Assembly: GCA_963675755.2 (NCBI GenBank) | Contig: CAXXMD010000003.1 | Coordinates: forward strand, 2,432,001 to 2,496,000 | Reading direction: 5' to 3' | From: a bacterium | GTDB taxonomy: Bacteria > Zhuqueibacterota > Zhuqueibacteria > Residuimicrobiales > Krinioviventaceae | Length of the DNA: 64,000 bases | In this document: piece after piece, positions 49,236 through 59,581 of the stretch | How the letters are laid out: every line of letters starts with the position of its first letter | How positions within the stretch are numbered: position 1 is the stretch's first letter | Made by a program: the position numbers and the translations under genes | The notes under the pieces: model-generated | Seen by the model: the letters and a program-made list of their open reading frames with translations, nothing else | Told to the model about the DNA's origin: nothing | Databases searched by the model: none

Positions 49236-49775
49236 TTGTTCTATTAACTCAATAACATCTACTTTATCTATTTGAAGAAAAACAATATCTTTAACTTTTT
49301 CCGTAGTAATCAATAATTTTTGTTTTACAATATCGTTACCATTTTTAATATCAATTTCAGCTATTTTTCTTACTACACCTGTACCATTTTCCAGTGTTTT
49401 GAGAATAGAGCTGTTTATCATACAGCCTTTGCAATGCTGACTTTTTCCGCAAGTTCCATTTTTTTTAAAATGAACACAATCAAATACTTCTCCACCAACA
49501 AAATTTTCTATCTTTTCAAGTGGTTTTTCAACCATATGTCTGCCGGCATTGTTGGCTGTTTTGATTACGATTTGAGAATCAACTAAAAATACCGGTTTTT
49601 CAAATTTGTTTAGAAATTGTTGTAATGACTCTCTTTTTTTATTGTGACCGTATTGCAATTTTTCTTTACAATCCAAGCATATACCATGAGTTATATTGTA
49701 TCTCGGATTAGAAGTTTCAAATGCAGCCGGCCCCATATCCATATTGCACCAGGCGCAAACGCGTTGCACTATCAT
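49224..49775 (-). CDS. Small Cys-rich protein: CAWC...HGICxxC module plus PAS-like domain with a Cys cluster
   Basis: RVCAWC, ITHGICLDC, PVFLVD....I..AN, C-x8-CG-x4-C-x2-C. Confidence 0.7.
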   Translation of the reverse strand: MIVQRVCAWCNMDMGPAAFETSNPRYNITHGICLDCKEKLQYGHNKKRESLQQFLNKFEKPVFLVDSQIVIKTANNAGRHMVEKPLEKIENFVGGEVFDCVHFKKNGTCGKSQHCKGCMINSSILKTLENGTGVVRKIAEIDIKNGNDIVKQKLLITTEKVKDIVFLQIDKVDVIELIEQHPD

Positions 49776-49921
49776 ATATCTTTAACCCCTAAATTATCAA
49801 TGGTGAATATTTAAAGTTACTCATATTTAATAATACATTCAAACCCTGTTTTTGCATAAAAGAAAAAGTGCGTTATTTTTAGCATTGTAAAATTATTTCA
49901 ATTCCTTTTTTAACGCTGAAA

Positions 49922-49937
49922 TGGCATATATGTTGCT
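49922..49937 (+). promoter_or_regulatory. Sigma54 -24/-12 promoter upstream of the MCP gene
   Basis: TGGCAT-ATATG-TTGCT, with GG and GC exactly 12 nt apart. Confidence 0.65.
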
Positions 49938-50103
49938 TTTTATTTTTTACTTGAAAAATGAAAATGTTATTTTTTTTATTTCTCCCGTTAAGATCTTGTA
50001 AAATATATGCTTGGGTAAGGGTATATTTTGCTGTTTTACATTGAGAATGCTTCATCTTTTGTTCTCGCTGAAAAATTTTCCCTTTGGATGAAAGGAGTAT
50101 CTA

Positions 50104-52215
50104 ATGTCCAGGTTGAAATTGAAAACCGAATTTTATATTGCCGCTGCCAGTGTTTCAATTGTATTATTGATTGTTGGGATTTGGGGGATTACTAGTGTAA
50201 TACATTCAAAAAATTGTTTAAAATCTATTAAAGAATCTCAAGTATCTGCATTGAATTTATTGGGTGATTTACGAGATGCACAGGCAATTATTTCAGAATA
50301 TGAAGCGATTGTGTTGAATCCGTTTACAAAAGAAACAGTTACTGCAGGTACTTTAAGAAAACAAGAAACGGACGCCTGGCTTTTAATTGAAAGTACTATG
50401 AAAGAATATGGTGCTGTTGAAAAGCTCCCGGATCATGAGAAAAAATGGAAATCCTTTTTAACTGTATTTCAAGAGTGGAAGGATGCGCATCAATCCGTAT
50501 TACGTACATCTGTAATCAATGATTCCGTGAACAATAATGCTTTTGAGGTCCAGTCTGCTTTTTCATTTTCATTATTAAAATCTCAAGCTCTGAGTGAATC
50601 GATCAAGGTTTTGCAAAATGTTCATTTGACAGCAATGGACCAGATTCAGGCTAAAAATGATACAAATGCAAATATCACTATCCTGATTTTATCTATACTC
50701 ATTATAACAGGATTTGTTATTGCATTTGTTTTTGGAATATTTTTTAATCGGGTTATTATTAAACCCGTTAATACTATTATTGCTGTGCTTAAAGAATGTA
50801 ATGAAGGAAATCTTCGTCCCCGCGCCAATATAACTCATAAAAACGAAGTTGGTGATCTTGCACAAACACTAGACAGTTTTGTTAACAAGCTTGAAACCAA
50901 GATTGTGGGTGGTATGTACAAGCTTGCTCAAGGTGAAATGATAGATGAGATTTATGTCAGCAATAATGATGATCAGGTTGCTCCTGCTATGAATACAATG
51001 GTTCAGACATTGAACAATGTTATGCAGGAAATTAGTATCATTACTACACATGCTATTGATGGGGATTTGGAATATCGGGGAGAAGCAACCGATTTTAATG
51101 GTGTTTTTCAGGATATTATTCAAAAAGTTGATGAAACCCTGGATGCAATTATTACTCCGTTGAATGCGGCGTTAGAAATATTGACTAAACTTTCAGATAA
51201 AGATCTTACTGTACGAATTCAAAATGATTTTCATGGTGATTATCAGCAATTAAAACAAGCAATCAATCAGGCTATGGAAAATCTGGATACCAGTTTGTCC
51301 AAAGTTGCAATGGTTGCTCAACAGGTTACCGTAGCAACCGACCAGATCAATGCCGGCAGCCAATCGGTAGCACAGGCAGCATCTGAACAAGCCAGTTCTC
51401 TTGAAGAAGTATCGTCTTCATTGCACGAATTGGCATCACTTACAAAACAAAATGCCGGTAACACCAATGAAGCCAAAGATATGGCAACAAAGATAGAGTC
51501 AAATGCCAGCCACATTCGATCAGTAATGGATTCTATGGCTCAAAAGATGGAACTGATTAAATCTTCTTCTGATGAAACAGTAACCATTGTAAAAACTATT
51601 GATGAAATTGCTTTCCAAACAAACCTGCTGGCATTGAATGCTGCTGTAGAAGCTGCACGGGCCGGTGAAGCAGGAAAAGGATTTGCCGTGGTTGCGGAAG
51701 AAGTCAGAAACCTGGCTATACGATCTGCAGAAGCTGCGAAAAATACGTCCGCACTGATTGAAAGTTCAAAGCAGAACACGGATGAAGGTGTTAAAATGAC
51801 GGGCGATATGAATTCTGTATTGATGGATATGATAAGAGATATTTCCGATATTGCACAAATTATTTTTGAAGTGTCTGAGGCGGGTAATGAGCAGTCCCGT
51901 GGTATTGAGCAGGTTACAGCAACTATCGGAGAATTGAATACAATTACTCAACAATTTGCCGCAACCTCGGAAGAAACTGCCAGCTCAGCCCAGGAAGTGA
52001 ACAGCCAGGTCCATGAATTAGAAAAACTTGTAATTGATTTTAATATTAGCCAAAAGAATTCTTACATGGGGTCTGAACCTGTTTTATCTTTTAATAATAG
52101 CAGGATTGCTGAAAAAGATCGTAGAGCTTCCGGATATCATTCGGCAGATCCGGAAAAGATTATACCCTTTGGGGATGAGCCTGTTGATAATGATTTTGTA
52201 TTAAATGATTTCTAA
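50104..52215 (+). CDS. Methyl-accepting chemotaxis protein (2 TM, helical sensor, poly-HAMP)
   Basis: [34 protein letters not shown]; C-terminal IIPF...LNDF tether-like tail. Confidence 0.95.
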   Translation: MSRLKLKTEFYIAAASVSIVLLIVGIWGITSVIHSKNCLKSIKESQVSALNLLGDLRDAQAIISEYEAIVLNPFTKETVTAGTLRKQETDAWLLIESTMKEYGAVEKLPDHEKKWKSFLTVFQEWKDAHQSVLRTSVINDSVNNNAFEVQSAFSFSLLKSQALSESIKVLQNVHLTAMDQIQAKNDTNANITILILSILIITGFVIAFVFGIFFNRVIIKPVNTIIAVLKECNEGNLRPRANITHKNEVGDLAQTLDSFVNKLETKIVGGMYKLAQGEMIDEIYVSNNDDQVAPAMNTMVQTLNNVMQEISIITTHAIDGDLEYRGEATDFNGVFQDIIQKVDETLDAIITPLNAALEILTKLSDKDLTVRIQNDFHGDYQQLKQAINQAMENLDTSLSKVAMVAQQVTVATDQINAGSQSVAQAASEQASSLEEVSSSLHELASLTKQNAGNTNEAKDMATKIESNASHIRSVMDSMAQKMELIKSSSDETVTIVKTIDEIAFQTNLLALNAAVEAARAGEAGKGFAVVAEEVRNLAIRSAEAAKNTSALIESSKQNTDEGVKMTGDMNSVLMDMIRDISDIAQIIFEVSEAGNEQSRGIEQVTATIGELNTITQQFAATSEETASSAQEVNSQVHELEKLVIDFNISQKNSYMGSEPVLSFNNSRIAEKDRRASGYHSADPEKIIPFGDEPVDNDFVLNDF

Positions 52216-52246
52216 GTGTTTCCATTGGGGGGAAACACTTAATTTC
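52213..52246 (+). terminator. Probable terminator
   Basis: TAAGTGTTTCC-loop-GGAAACACTTA. Confidence 0.6.
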
Positions 52247-52313
52247 CTTGGTTTCATGTCTGATTTATGTTATCTTTTAATATTTGAAACAAACAATTCA
52301 ATGGAGACGTACA

Positions 52314-54830
52314 ATGAAACGTTTTTTATTCATCATAATTTCTATTGTTATTGTTTTAGCTTCCTGTACACAAAAGGCGGAACAATCATCCCCTAAAATT
52401 GCAGAGTTTAAAGCAGATTTTGATAATTATGATCGGGTTTGGGTTGGTAGAGATTTCTGGGCCATACCTATGGAAGATTGGCAAATTCATGATGGACGCC
52501 TGGAATGTGTGGGCAATAGAAACAATATGCGTGTGAATTTGTTAACATTTACGCTGAATGACAAAGCTGTCGGATTCAATGCCGGGGTCCGTATGGGTTT
52601 ATTAAATTCCGGAGAGACCAACAGTTCGGCAGGATTGAGTATTGGCGTGCAGGACACCGAAGATCCTGATGCGCGAGCCGCATGTTATTTTGGCAAAGGA
52701 ATCAAGTTGGGTGTAACAAGCTCGGGTGAGTTGTATATTCAAAAACAAAAAACAACGCTGCCGGAAGGATTTGATCTGAAAGATTTTCATTTACGTGTGA
52801 ACGCACAGCCTTCAGGTGATGGTTATACATTAATAGCTGTAGTGACGGATAAACAAAATCATTCGAAAAGTTTGAGCCAGACTGTCAACATAACTCCGGG
52901 ATTTCTGGCAATGTTTAATGATTTCCCGGAAAAAGGTGATAGAGAAAAAGGAAGCCATTTCTGGTTTGATAATTTAACGGTCAAGGGTGCTAAAATTGAC
53001 AGCAAACCGGAAAATACATTTGGACCGATCTTGTGGTCCATGTATACCTTGAGCAGAAATGTTGTAAAATTAACAGCACAAATGCCACCCCTGGGTGAAA
53101 GGGATGATCACAATGTTCGCCTGCTGTTGAAAAAAAATAAAGATTGGGAGATTATCAAAGAATCTCAAATTGATCCCAATGCCAGAACGGCTACATTCAA
53201 GCTGGAAAACTGGGATTCTGAACAGGAAGTACAATACAGACTGGTATATTCTGAAAAAGATACAAACGGGAATGTTAGAGAGAATGAATATGATGGAACA
53301 ATACGTCGTGATCCTGAAGATCAAGCTTTGACTTTGGGAGGTTTGACCTGTCAGTATGGTACCGGATTTCCATATTCACCGCTGGTTAAACATATAACAG
53401 CGCAAAATCCGGACTTGCTCTATTTCTCCGGTGATCAGATATATGAAGCGAATGGCGGGTACAGTATAATCCGTTTCCCTGCTGATATGGCAATATTGAG
53501 TTATCTTGGCAAATGGTACATGTTTGGCTGGGCATTTGGTGATTTGATGCGTGACAGACCCACTATCTGTACTCCGGATGATCATGATGTGTTTCAAGGT
53601 AACCTGTGGGGAGAAGGCGGGCCAAATATTCCACCAAAGAGTTTTAATATCTATCATGGTACCGAAGGTGGATATGTAGAACCTGCAGAGATGATCAATG
53701 TGGTACATACAACACAATGTTCTCATTTACCTGATCCTTTTGATCCTGCATTGATGGAACAAAATATAATACCGATTTATATGGATTTGGTTTATGGCAG
53801 AATCAGCTTTGCAATTGTCAGTGATCGTAATTTTAAATCCGGACCAAATGCTATAGCGTACTGGCAGGGCAGGCAGGACCATGTAAAGGATCGTGGTGTT
53901 GATCCCGCGGTGCTGGATTCTCCTGATTTGAAAATGCTGGGTGACCGGCAGCTGGAATTTCTGGATGAATGGGTAAGAGACTGGCGGGGAGCGGATATGA
54001 AAGTATTGCTTAGCCAGACGGTTTTTGCCAATATTGCAACGCATCATGGTGGAGAACAGATGGTGCTGGCTGCAGATTTGGATTCCGGTGGCTGGCCGCG
54101 TACGGCACGTAACAAGGCACTTTCTATTATGCGAAAAGGCTATGTATTTCATATTGTTGGTGATCAGCACATTCCTTCTCTGTCACAATATGGAATTGAT
54201 GATTACCGGGACGCGGGATGGTGTTTTTGTACTCCAGCAATATATGTGGGCTATGAAAGACGTTTTCAACCTGAACGATTGGGTTGGAAAATCACAGATC
54301 CGCCAGAGCACGGTTTGCCGAATACCGGTTATTATGAGGATGGTTTTGGGAACAAGCAATATGTTTATGCAATGGGTAACCCGGTTGATAAACCAGTGAA
54401 TTACCCACGGTATAAAAGAGGTCAGGAAACCGCTTCAGGTTATGGATTAGTGGAATTTGATAAAGCAGAGCGGAATATTGTTGTACATTCCTATCATTTT
54501 CTGGCTGATCCTGAAAATCCGGGTGCGGACGATGAATTTGCCGGATGGCCATATACTCTGAATCAATTTGACAATGATGGCAGAAAAGCTGTTGGGCATT
54601 TGCCCCAAATTGAGATCAAGGGTATTAAGAATCCTGTGATTTTTGTAGACAATGAAAAGACAGGTGAGCTGGTTCATGCTGTACGAATTTTGGGAACAAG
54701 CTATTCAGCACCGGTTTACAGTAACGATACATATACAGTAACCGTTGGTGATCCGGACAAGGCGTTGTGGAAAACCGTAACATCCCTGGAACCATCAACG
54801 AATAAAGAAACAGTAAAAATTAATTTCTAA
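52314..54830 (+). CDS. PhoD-like metallophosphoesterase lipoprotein
   Basis: Lipobox LASC; FSGDQIYE, PDDHDVFQGN, VGDQH. Confidence 0.8.
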   Translation: MKRFLFIIISIVIVLASCTQKAEQSSPKIAEFKADFDNYDRVWVGRDFWAIPMEDWQIHDGRLECVGNRNNMRVNLLTFTLNDKAVGFNAGVRMGLLNSGETNSSAGLSIGVQDTEDPDARAACYFGKGIKLGVTSSGELYIQKQKTTLPEGFDLKDFHLRVNAQPSGDGYTLIAVVTDKQNHSKSLSQTVNITPGFLAMFNDFPEKGDREKGSHFWFDNLTVKGAKIDSKPENTFGPILWSMYTLSRNVVKLTAQMPPLGERDDHNVRLLLKKNKDWEIIKESQIDPNARTATFKLENWDSEQEVQYRLVYSEKDTNGNVRENEYDGTIRRDPEDQALTLGGLTCQYGTGFPYSPLVKHITAQNPDLLYFSGDQIYEANGGYSIIRFPADMAILSYLGKWYMFGWAFGDLMRDRPTICTPDDHDVFQGNLWGEGGPNIPPKSFNIYHGTEGGYVEPAEMINVVHTTQCSHLPDPFDPALMEQNIIPIYMDLVYGRISFAIVSDRNFKSGPNAIAYWQGRQDHVKDRGVDPAVLDSPDLKMLGDRQLEFLDEWVRDWRGADMKVLLSQTVFANIATHHGGEQMVLAADLDSGGWPRTARNKALSIMRKGYVFHIVGDQHIPSLSQYGIDDYRDAGWCFCTPAIYVGYERRFQPERLGWKITDPPEHGLPNTGYYEDGFGNKQYVYAMGNPVDKPVNYPRYKRGQETASGYGLVEFDKAERNIVVHSYHFLADPENPGADDEFAGWPYTLNQFDNDGRKAVGHLPQIEIKGIKNPVIFVDNEKTGELVHAVRILGTSYSAPVYSNDTYTVTVGDPDKALWKTVTSLEPSTNKETVKINF

Positions 54831-54842
54831 ATATACTATTAC

Positions 54843-54868
54843 GGGGCAGCCGTTGCTGTCCCTTTTTT
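54843..54868 (+). terminator. Intrinsic terminator
   Basis: GGGGCAGC-CGTT-GCTGTCCC followed by T6. Confidence 0.8.
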
Positions 54869-54895
54869 AACACAAATTATTTATAGGAGAGTAAC

Positions 54896-55021
54896 ATGAA
54901 TATTATTTCTGCAAACACATGGAAAACCGCAAACAGGAACATGAATTTAATTTCAGGAGACCATAATGCAGGAATATTTAATGGTAAACCAACTCTCTTT
55001 TGCTTACGAAAACAGTATTGA
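54896..55021 (+). CDS. Putative 41-aa leader ORF overlapping the ABC-F start
   Basis: AGGAGA RBS 5 nt before ATG; MNIISANTWKTANRNMNLISGDHNAGIFNGKPTLFCLRKQY*. Confidence 0.4.
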   Translation: MNIISANTWKTANRNMNLISGDHNAGIFNGKPTLFCLRKQY

Positions 55022-56483
55022 AACAATATTTGAAACCATTTCTTTTCAATTATACCCCGGATGGACCGGTTTTGTAGGTGCAAACGGGAGCGGGAAAACC
55101 ACACTTTTAAAATTAATAACACGCGAACTCTTTCCAGATACCGGATCTATAGCTTTTTCCGGAAATGCGATTTATTGTGAACAGCGAACTGATCATTTAC
55201 CTGAAGGTTGTTCCGATTTTTTCAATTCCATGGAAAAGTATGCCTTTCGTTTAAAGGATATGCTGAAAATTGAGGATGACTGGCCGAATCGATGGAAAAC
55301 CCTAAGTCATGGCGAGCGTAAACGATTACAAATAGCCGTTGCCCTGTTTTCAAGGCCCACGCTACTTGCCATTGATGAACCCACGAATCATCTTGATCAG
55401 CAGGCAAAACACATCTTGTTTCAGGCATTGAAAACATTTCGGGGGATTGGTTTGCTGATCAGTCATGATCGCGATTTCTTGGACAATCTTTGTAATCAGA
55501 CATTGTTTATTGATCCACCGGGAATTGATATCCGGAAATGTAATTACAGTACTGCTTTTGCGGAAAGAGAGCAGGAATCACGTTTTATGATGGAAGAGCA
55601 TGAAAAGGCAAAGCGGGAGGTCCGTCGTTTAAAAAAACGTGTTAGTCAGCAGAGAAGTAAAGCAGATCAGGCAGATAAACTCAGATCTAAACGAAATATT
55701 GCCAAAAAAGATTTTGATGCAAAATTGAAAATGGATCTGGCCCGTCTGACCGGCAAAGACGCGATTGATGGCAGGCTCCATAGCAGGTTAAAGAGCAAGC
55801 TTGACAGTGCTCAGGAGCATCAACAGGCAACAAAGATCAAAAAAACATTTCAGGGCGGCATTCAAATTCAGGAAAGCGGTGTGTTTCAGAAATTTCCGGT
55901 TTTTATCCCTGAATTCAAGCTCTCGCTGGGTGATGATAAAACCCTGAATATACCTGAATTAATGCTTGATTCGGAATCACGAATTGGCATAACTGGAGAT
56001 AATGGTGCAGGAAAAAGTTCATTTATACGATATTTCCTGGGATTGGAGCTAATCTCGTCTGAAAAGTTACTTTACATACCCCAGGAGATAGATACGGTTA
56101 CTTCACAACAAATTCTGGCCAGAATCCATACCCTGGATAGTGCGATCAAGGGACGGTTGATGACCATAATCAGGCGGTTAGGTTCAGACCCTAACCGGTT
56201 GCTTGAAAGTGAGGTGCCGTCTCCCGGTGAAGTCAGAAAGCTGATGCTGGCAGATGGTTTGTTGAATGAACCGGTTTTATTAGTTATGGATGAGCCAGTA
56301 AACCACATGGATTTGTTTTCCATTCAGCATATTGAAGCCGCTTTGCAAGAGTATAATGGCGCGTTGCTATTGGTGAGTCATGATCCGGTTTTCCTCGAGA
56401 ATACGGTTTCGTATTTGTGGCATTTCACCCAAATAGAACAGAATAAATTTTCTATAATTGGAAAATATTTTGAAAATAGTTGA
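54966..56483 (+). CDS. ABC-F family ATPase
   Basis: Two NBDs (GANGSGKT/LSHGE/DEPTNHLD; GDNGAGKS/SPGE/DEPVNHMD), long charged linker, no TM segments. Confidence 0.9.
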   Translation: MQEYLMVNQLSFAYENSIETIFETISFQLYPGWTGFVGANGSGKTTLLKLITRELFPDTGSIAFSGNAIYCEQRTDHLPEGCSDFFNSMEKYAFRLKDMLKIEDDWPNRWKTLSHGERKRLQIAVALFSRPTLLAIDEPTNHLDQQAKHILFQALKTFRGIGLLISHDRDFLDNLCNQTLFIDPPGIDIRKCNYSTAFAEREQESRFMMEEHEKAKREVRRLKKRVSQQRSKADQADKLRSKRNIAKKDFDAKLKMDLARLTGKDAIDGRLHSRLKSKLDSAQEHQQATKIKKTFQGGIQIQESGVFQKFPVFIPEFKLSLGDDKTLNIPELMLDSESRIGITGDNGAGKSSFIRYFLGLELISSEKLLYIPQEIDTVTSQQILARIHTLDSAIKGRLMTIIRRLGSDPNRLLESEVPSPGEVRKLMLADGLLNEPVLLVMDEPVNHMDLFSIQHIEAALQEYNGALLLVSHDPVFLENTVSYLWHFTQIEQNKFSIIGKYFENS

Positions 56484-56546
56484 GAGTGTTAATAGAAATC
56501 CGTATTATATTTATAAAGGGATAATACATTAATTGAGGGTAAAGAA

Positions 56547-57944
56547 ATGAATAGTGTGCAATCACGAAGATCGTTTATCAAGACGGTGTCCATGTCTCTG
56601 GTTGCTTCAGGCATGGCTTGCAGTTCATTAAAGAAATCGACGCCACCCAATGTTGTAATTATTTTTCTGGATGATTCCGGATGGGGTGATTTTAAACCAT
56701 TTGGCAAGCCCGCGTATTCAACTCCGAATGTTGAACAGCTTGCCAGCGAAGGCCGCTGTTTTCACCAGTTTTATGTGCCCCAGGCTGTGTGTTCCGCATC
56801 TCGCGCGTCTTTAATGACCGGGTGTTTTCCCGGACGTACCAAAGTATTTGGCGCGCATCCCCCAAAAGCAAGAGGACTTGATCCCAAATTTGCAACAATG
56901 GGGCAGGTGATGCAAAAACGTGGATACAAGACCGCGGTATTTGGAAAATGGCATTTGGGTGACCAGGAAGATACACGTCCGCCGGTAAGAGGGTTTGACG
57001 AGTCTTGTGGATTGATGTACTCGAATGATATGTGGGAGTTTCATCCACAGCATCCGGATAGCTATAAAGATGCTCCGTTGCATTTCTGGGAAAATGGCAA
57101 GGTCAAAGTTGAGCGTATGACACCCAAAGAACAGGCAATGCTCACCACATGGTATACCGAGCATGCGGTAGATTTTATTAATCGACATAAAGATGAGCCA
57201 TTTTTCCTCTATGTACCGCACTCTATGCCGCATGTGCCAATTTTTGCCAGTGAAAAATTCAAGGGTAAATCAGGTACCGGTTTATATGGTGATGTCATGA
57301 TGGAAATTGACTGGTCTGTGGGTGAAATTGAAAAAGCGTTAAAAGAAAACGGACTGGAAGAAAATACTCTGGTTATTATGACTTCAGATAATGGCCCCTG
57401 GACCAGTTATGGTAACCATTCGGGTGTAACTCCCTATCGTGAAGCCAAAGGGACCAGTTTTGATGGTGGTACCCGTTCGGCATGTATTGTCAAGTACCCG
57501 AAAAAGATAGAGGCCGGTACTGTTTCGAATGAAGCCTGGTGTTCTATTGACATTATGCCGACTGTTTGCCATGTGACAGGTGCTGAACTTCCGGTAAACG
57601 AAATTGATGGTGAAAATGTCTGGGATCTGGTTGTTGGTAAGCCAGGTGCAACGAATCCGAATGAATACTATGAAATTACGACCGGTAAAACATTTGAAGG
57701 TATTATTACCGGTGATGGCAAGTGGAAACTGCATTTGCCGCATAGTTACAGGGTGTTAGAGTATCCCGGTAATGATGGAAAGGCCGGTAAATACAATCGT
57801 GTGAATATTGAATTATCTTTATTCGACATGAAAAATGATCCGTACGAAACAACCAATGTGATAGATAAATATCCTGATGTCGCTGATAGATTGACAAAAC
57901 TAGCTGAAGCGCATCGGAAAAAATACTTTCCGGATCAGGTATAA
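56547..57944 (+). CDS. Sulfatase (S1, Cys-type) with Tat signal
   Basis: SRRSFIK; PNVVIIFLDD; CSASRASLMTG; GKWHLG; SDNGP. Confidence 0.93.
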   Translation: MNSVQSRRSFIKTVSMSLVASGMACSSLKKSTPPNVVIIFLDDSGWGDFKPFGKPAYSTPNVEQLASEGRCFHQFYVPQAVCSASRASLMTGCFPGRTKVFGAHPPKARGLDPKFATMGQVMQKRGYKTAVFGKWHLGDQEDTRPPVRGFDESCGLMYSNDMWEFHPQHPDSYKDAPLHFWENGKVKVERMTPKEQAMLTTWYTEHAVDFINRHKDEPFFLYVPHSMPHVPIFASEKFKGKSGTGLYGDVMMEIDWSVGEIEKALKENGLEENTLVIMTSDNGPWTSYGNHSGVTPYREAKGTSFDGGTRSACIVKYPKKIEAGTVSNEAWCSIDIMPTVCHVTGAELPVNEIDGENVWDLVVGKPGATNPNEYYEITTGKTFEGIITGDGKWKLHLPHSYRVLEYPGNDGKAGKYNRVNIELSLFDMKNDPYETTNVIDKYPDVADRLTKLAEAHRKKYFPDQV

Positions 57945-57949
57945 ACTTG

Positions 57950-57985
57950 AAGGGTGTGTTCAAATTATGAGCACACCTTTTTTTT
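57950..57985 (+). terminator. Intrinsic terminator
   Basis: AAGGGTGTGTTCA-AATTA-TGAGCACACC followed by T8. Confidence 0.75.
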
Positions 57986-57999
57986 ACAAGGAGGATGAG

Positions 58000-58533
58000 A
58001 TGGAACCCCAAATTATTGAAAATGCCGAGTATCATGATATATTAAAAAAATATATTTTTATTTACATTTTGGGTGCATTAATCGTTTCTATTGCGGGTTT
58101 GGTATTGGTGCCAGTTTGGTTGATAATGGGCAAATGGTATTCCAATTTGTATTTTAACAATCTCAGTTGCGCATTGACAGAGAAGAACCTGCAACTGAAA
58201 AAGGGGCATTGGTTCAGAGTTGAAAAAACAATTCCTCTTGATAAAATTCAGGACTTGACTCTAAAGGAAGGTCCCTTGTTGAGAAAACTGGGTATTTGTA
58301 CGCTACAGGTGGAAACAGCAGGACAAAATAGTCCGGAAGGCAGCAGCGATGCAAGAATTATCGGTTTGCGGGATGCCAAGGCCTTTCGGGACAAGGTGAT
58401 GGCGCAGCGAGATATTTGGGCTGGGAACGAGGCGCCTTCTGTATATTCAAAATCTGAAGGTATTACTGAATTATTATCAGAGATTCGGGATTCTTTGAAA
58501 AATATCGAAGGTTCAGTAACAAAACGTGATTAG
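58000..58533 (+). CDS. Bacterial PH-domain membrane protein
   Basis: AAGGAGG RBS; TM hairpin; IPLDKIQD...GPLLR.LGI..L.VETAG. Confidence 0.85.
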   Translation: MEPQIIENAEYHDILKKYIFIYILGALIVSIAGLVLVPVWLIMGKWYSNLYFNNLSCALTEKNLQLKKGHWFRVEKTIPLDKIQDLTLKEGPLLRKLGICTLQVETAGQNSPEGSSDARIIGLRDAKAFRDKVMAQRDIWAGNEAPSVYSKSEGITELLSEIRDSLKNIEGSVTKRD

Positions 58534-58648
58534 GTCAATATTTTACGGATTTATGTAGAATCAAACACAAATTTGAGATTGGAAAAAATTATGAAATGAC
58601 TGTTCATTCGTGTTTGTTATCTATGTAAAGTAAAATAAGAGGTGTTTT

Positions 58649-59530
58649 ATGAGTATTCGTAAAATGTACAAAATATTGACTGCCCATCCTACTATTGAAG
58701 GAAATGGTGTACATTTAAAACGTGCCTTTGGTATACCCTATATACCCGAGTTGGACCCGTTTTTACTGCTTGATGATTTCCATTCAAATAAACCCGAAGA
58801 TTATAATAAAGGTTTTCCATGGCACCCGCATCGGGGCATTGAGACCATTACATATGTGTTAGAGGGCAAAGTTGAACATAGTGACAGCCTGGGGCACAAG
58901 GGCATTATAAACAGTGGTGAAGTACAGTGGATGACCGCCGGAAGCGGAATTATCCATCAGGAAATGCCGGAAGGTGAGTTTGACGGTAGAATGTGGGGCA
59001 TGCAATTGTGGGCCAATTTACCCTCTTCGCATAAAATGATGGACCCCCGTTACCGCGAGGTTAAGGTAAGAGAGATCCCCTTTATCAAGCTGGATTCTGG
59101 TGTTGAAGTTGGCGTAATTTGCGGACAGATTAATGGCGCAGCCGGTCCCGTGCGGGATATTGTGATTGATCCGGAGTATCTGGATATTACAATTCCGCCC
59201 GATACGTTTTTTACTCACAAGGTCAAAGAAGGATATACTGTTTTTGCGTATGTTTTGGAAGGAAGCGGCTGTTTTGGTTTGGATGCTGAAGATCCTTTGG
59301 AGATGAACCGCATAAATAATGGATACGCGGAACAGGAGAGCCTGGTTATTTTCAAAGATGGGGATGAGGTGATTGTTGGCAGCAAAGCGGGGGTTCGGTT
59401 TTTATTGATCTCTGGCAAACCTATAAAAGAACGTGTTGCCTGGTATGGCCCCATAGTTATGAATACCGAAGAAGAACTGGATCAGGCCATTGCAGAATAT
59501 CAGAATGGTACGTTTTTAAAGCATAAATAG
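58649..59530 (+). CDS. Pirin family protein
   Basis: DPFLLLD, GFPWHPHRGIETITY, QWMTAGSGIIHQE, GPIVMNT. Confidence 0.95.
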   Translation: MSIRKMYKILTAHPTIEGNGVHLKRAFGIPYIPELDPFLLLDDFHSNKPEDYNKGFPWHPHRGIETITYVLEGKVEHSDSLGHKGIINSGEVQWMTAGSGIIHQEMPEGEFDGRMWGMQLWANLPSSHKMMDPRYREVKVREIPFIKLDSGVEVGVICGQINGAAGPVRDIVIDPEYLDITIPPDTFFTHKVKEGYTVFAYVLEGSGCFGLDAEDPLEMNRINNGYAEQESLVIFKDGDEVIVGSKAGVRFLLISGKPIKERVAWYGPIVMNTEEELDQAIAEYQNGTFLKHK

Positions 59531-59581
59531 AATATATGTTGGGTGGATTTACCGGGGTTGAATTGTAAATTTGGAAAGAAA

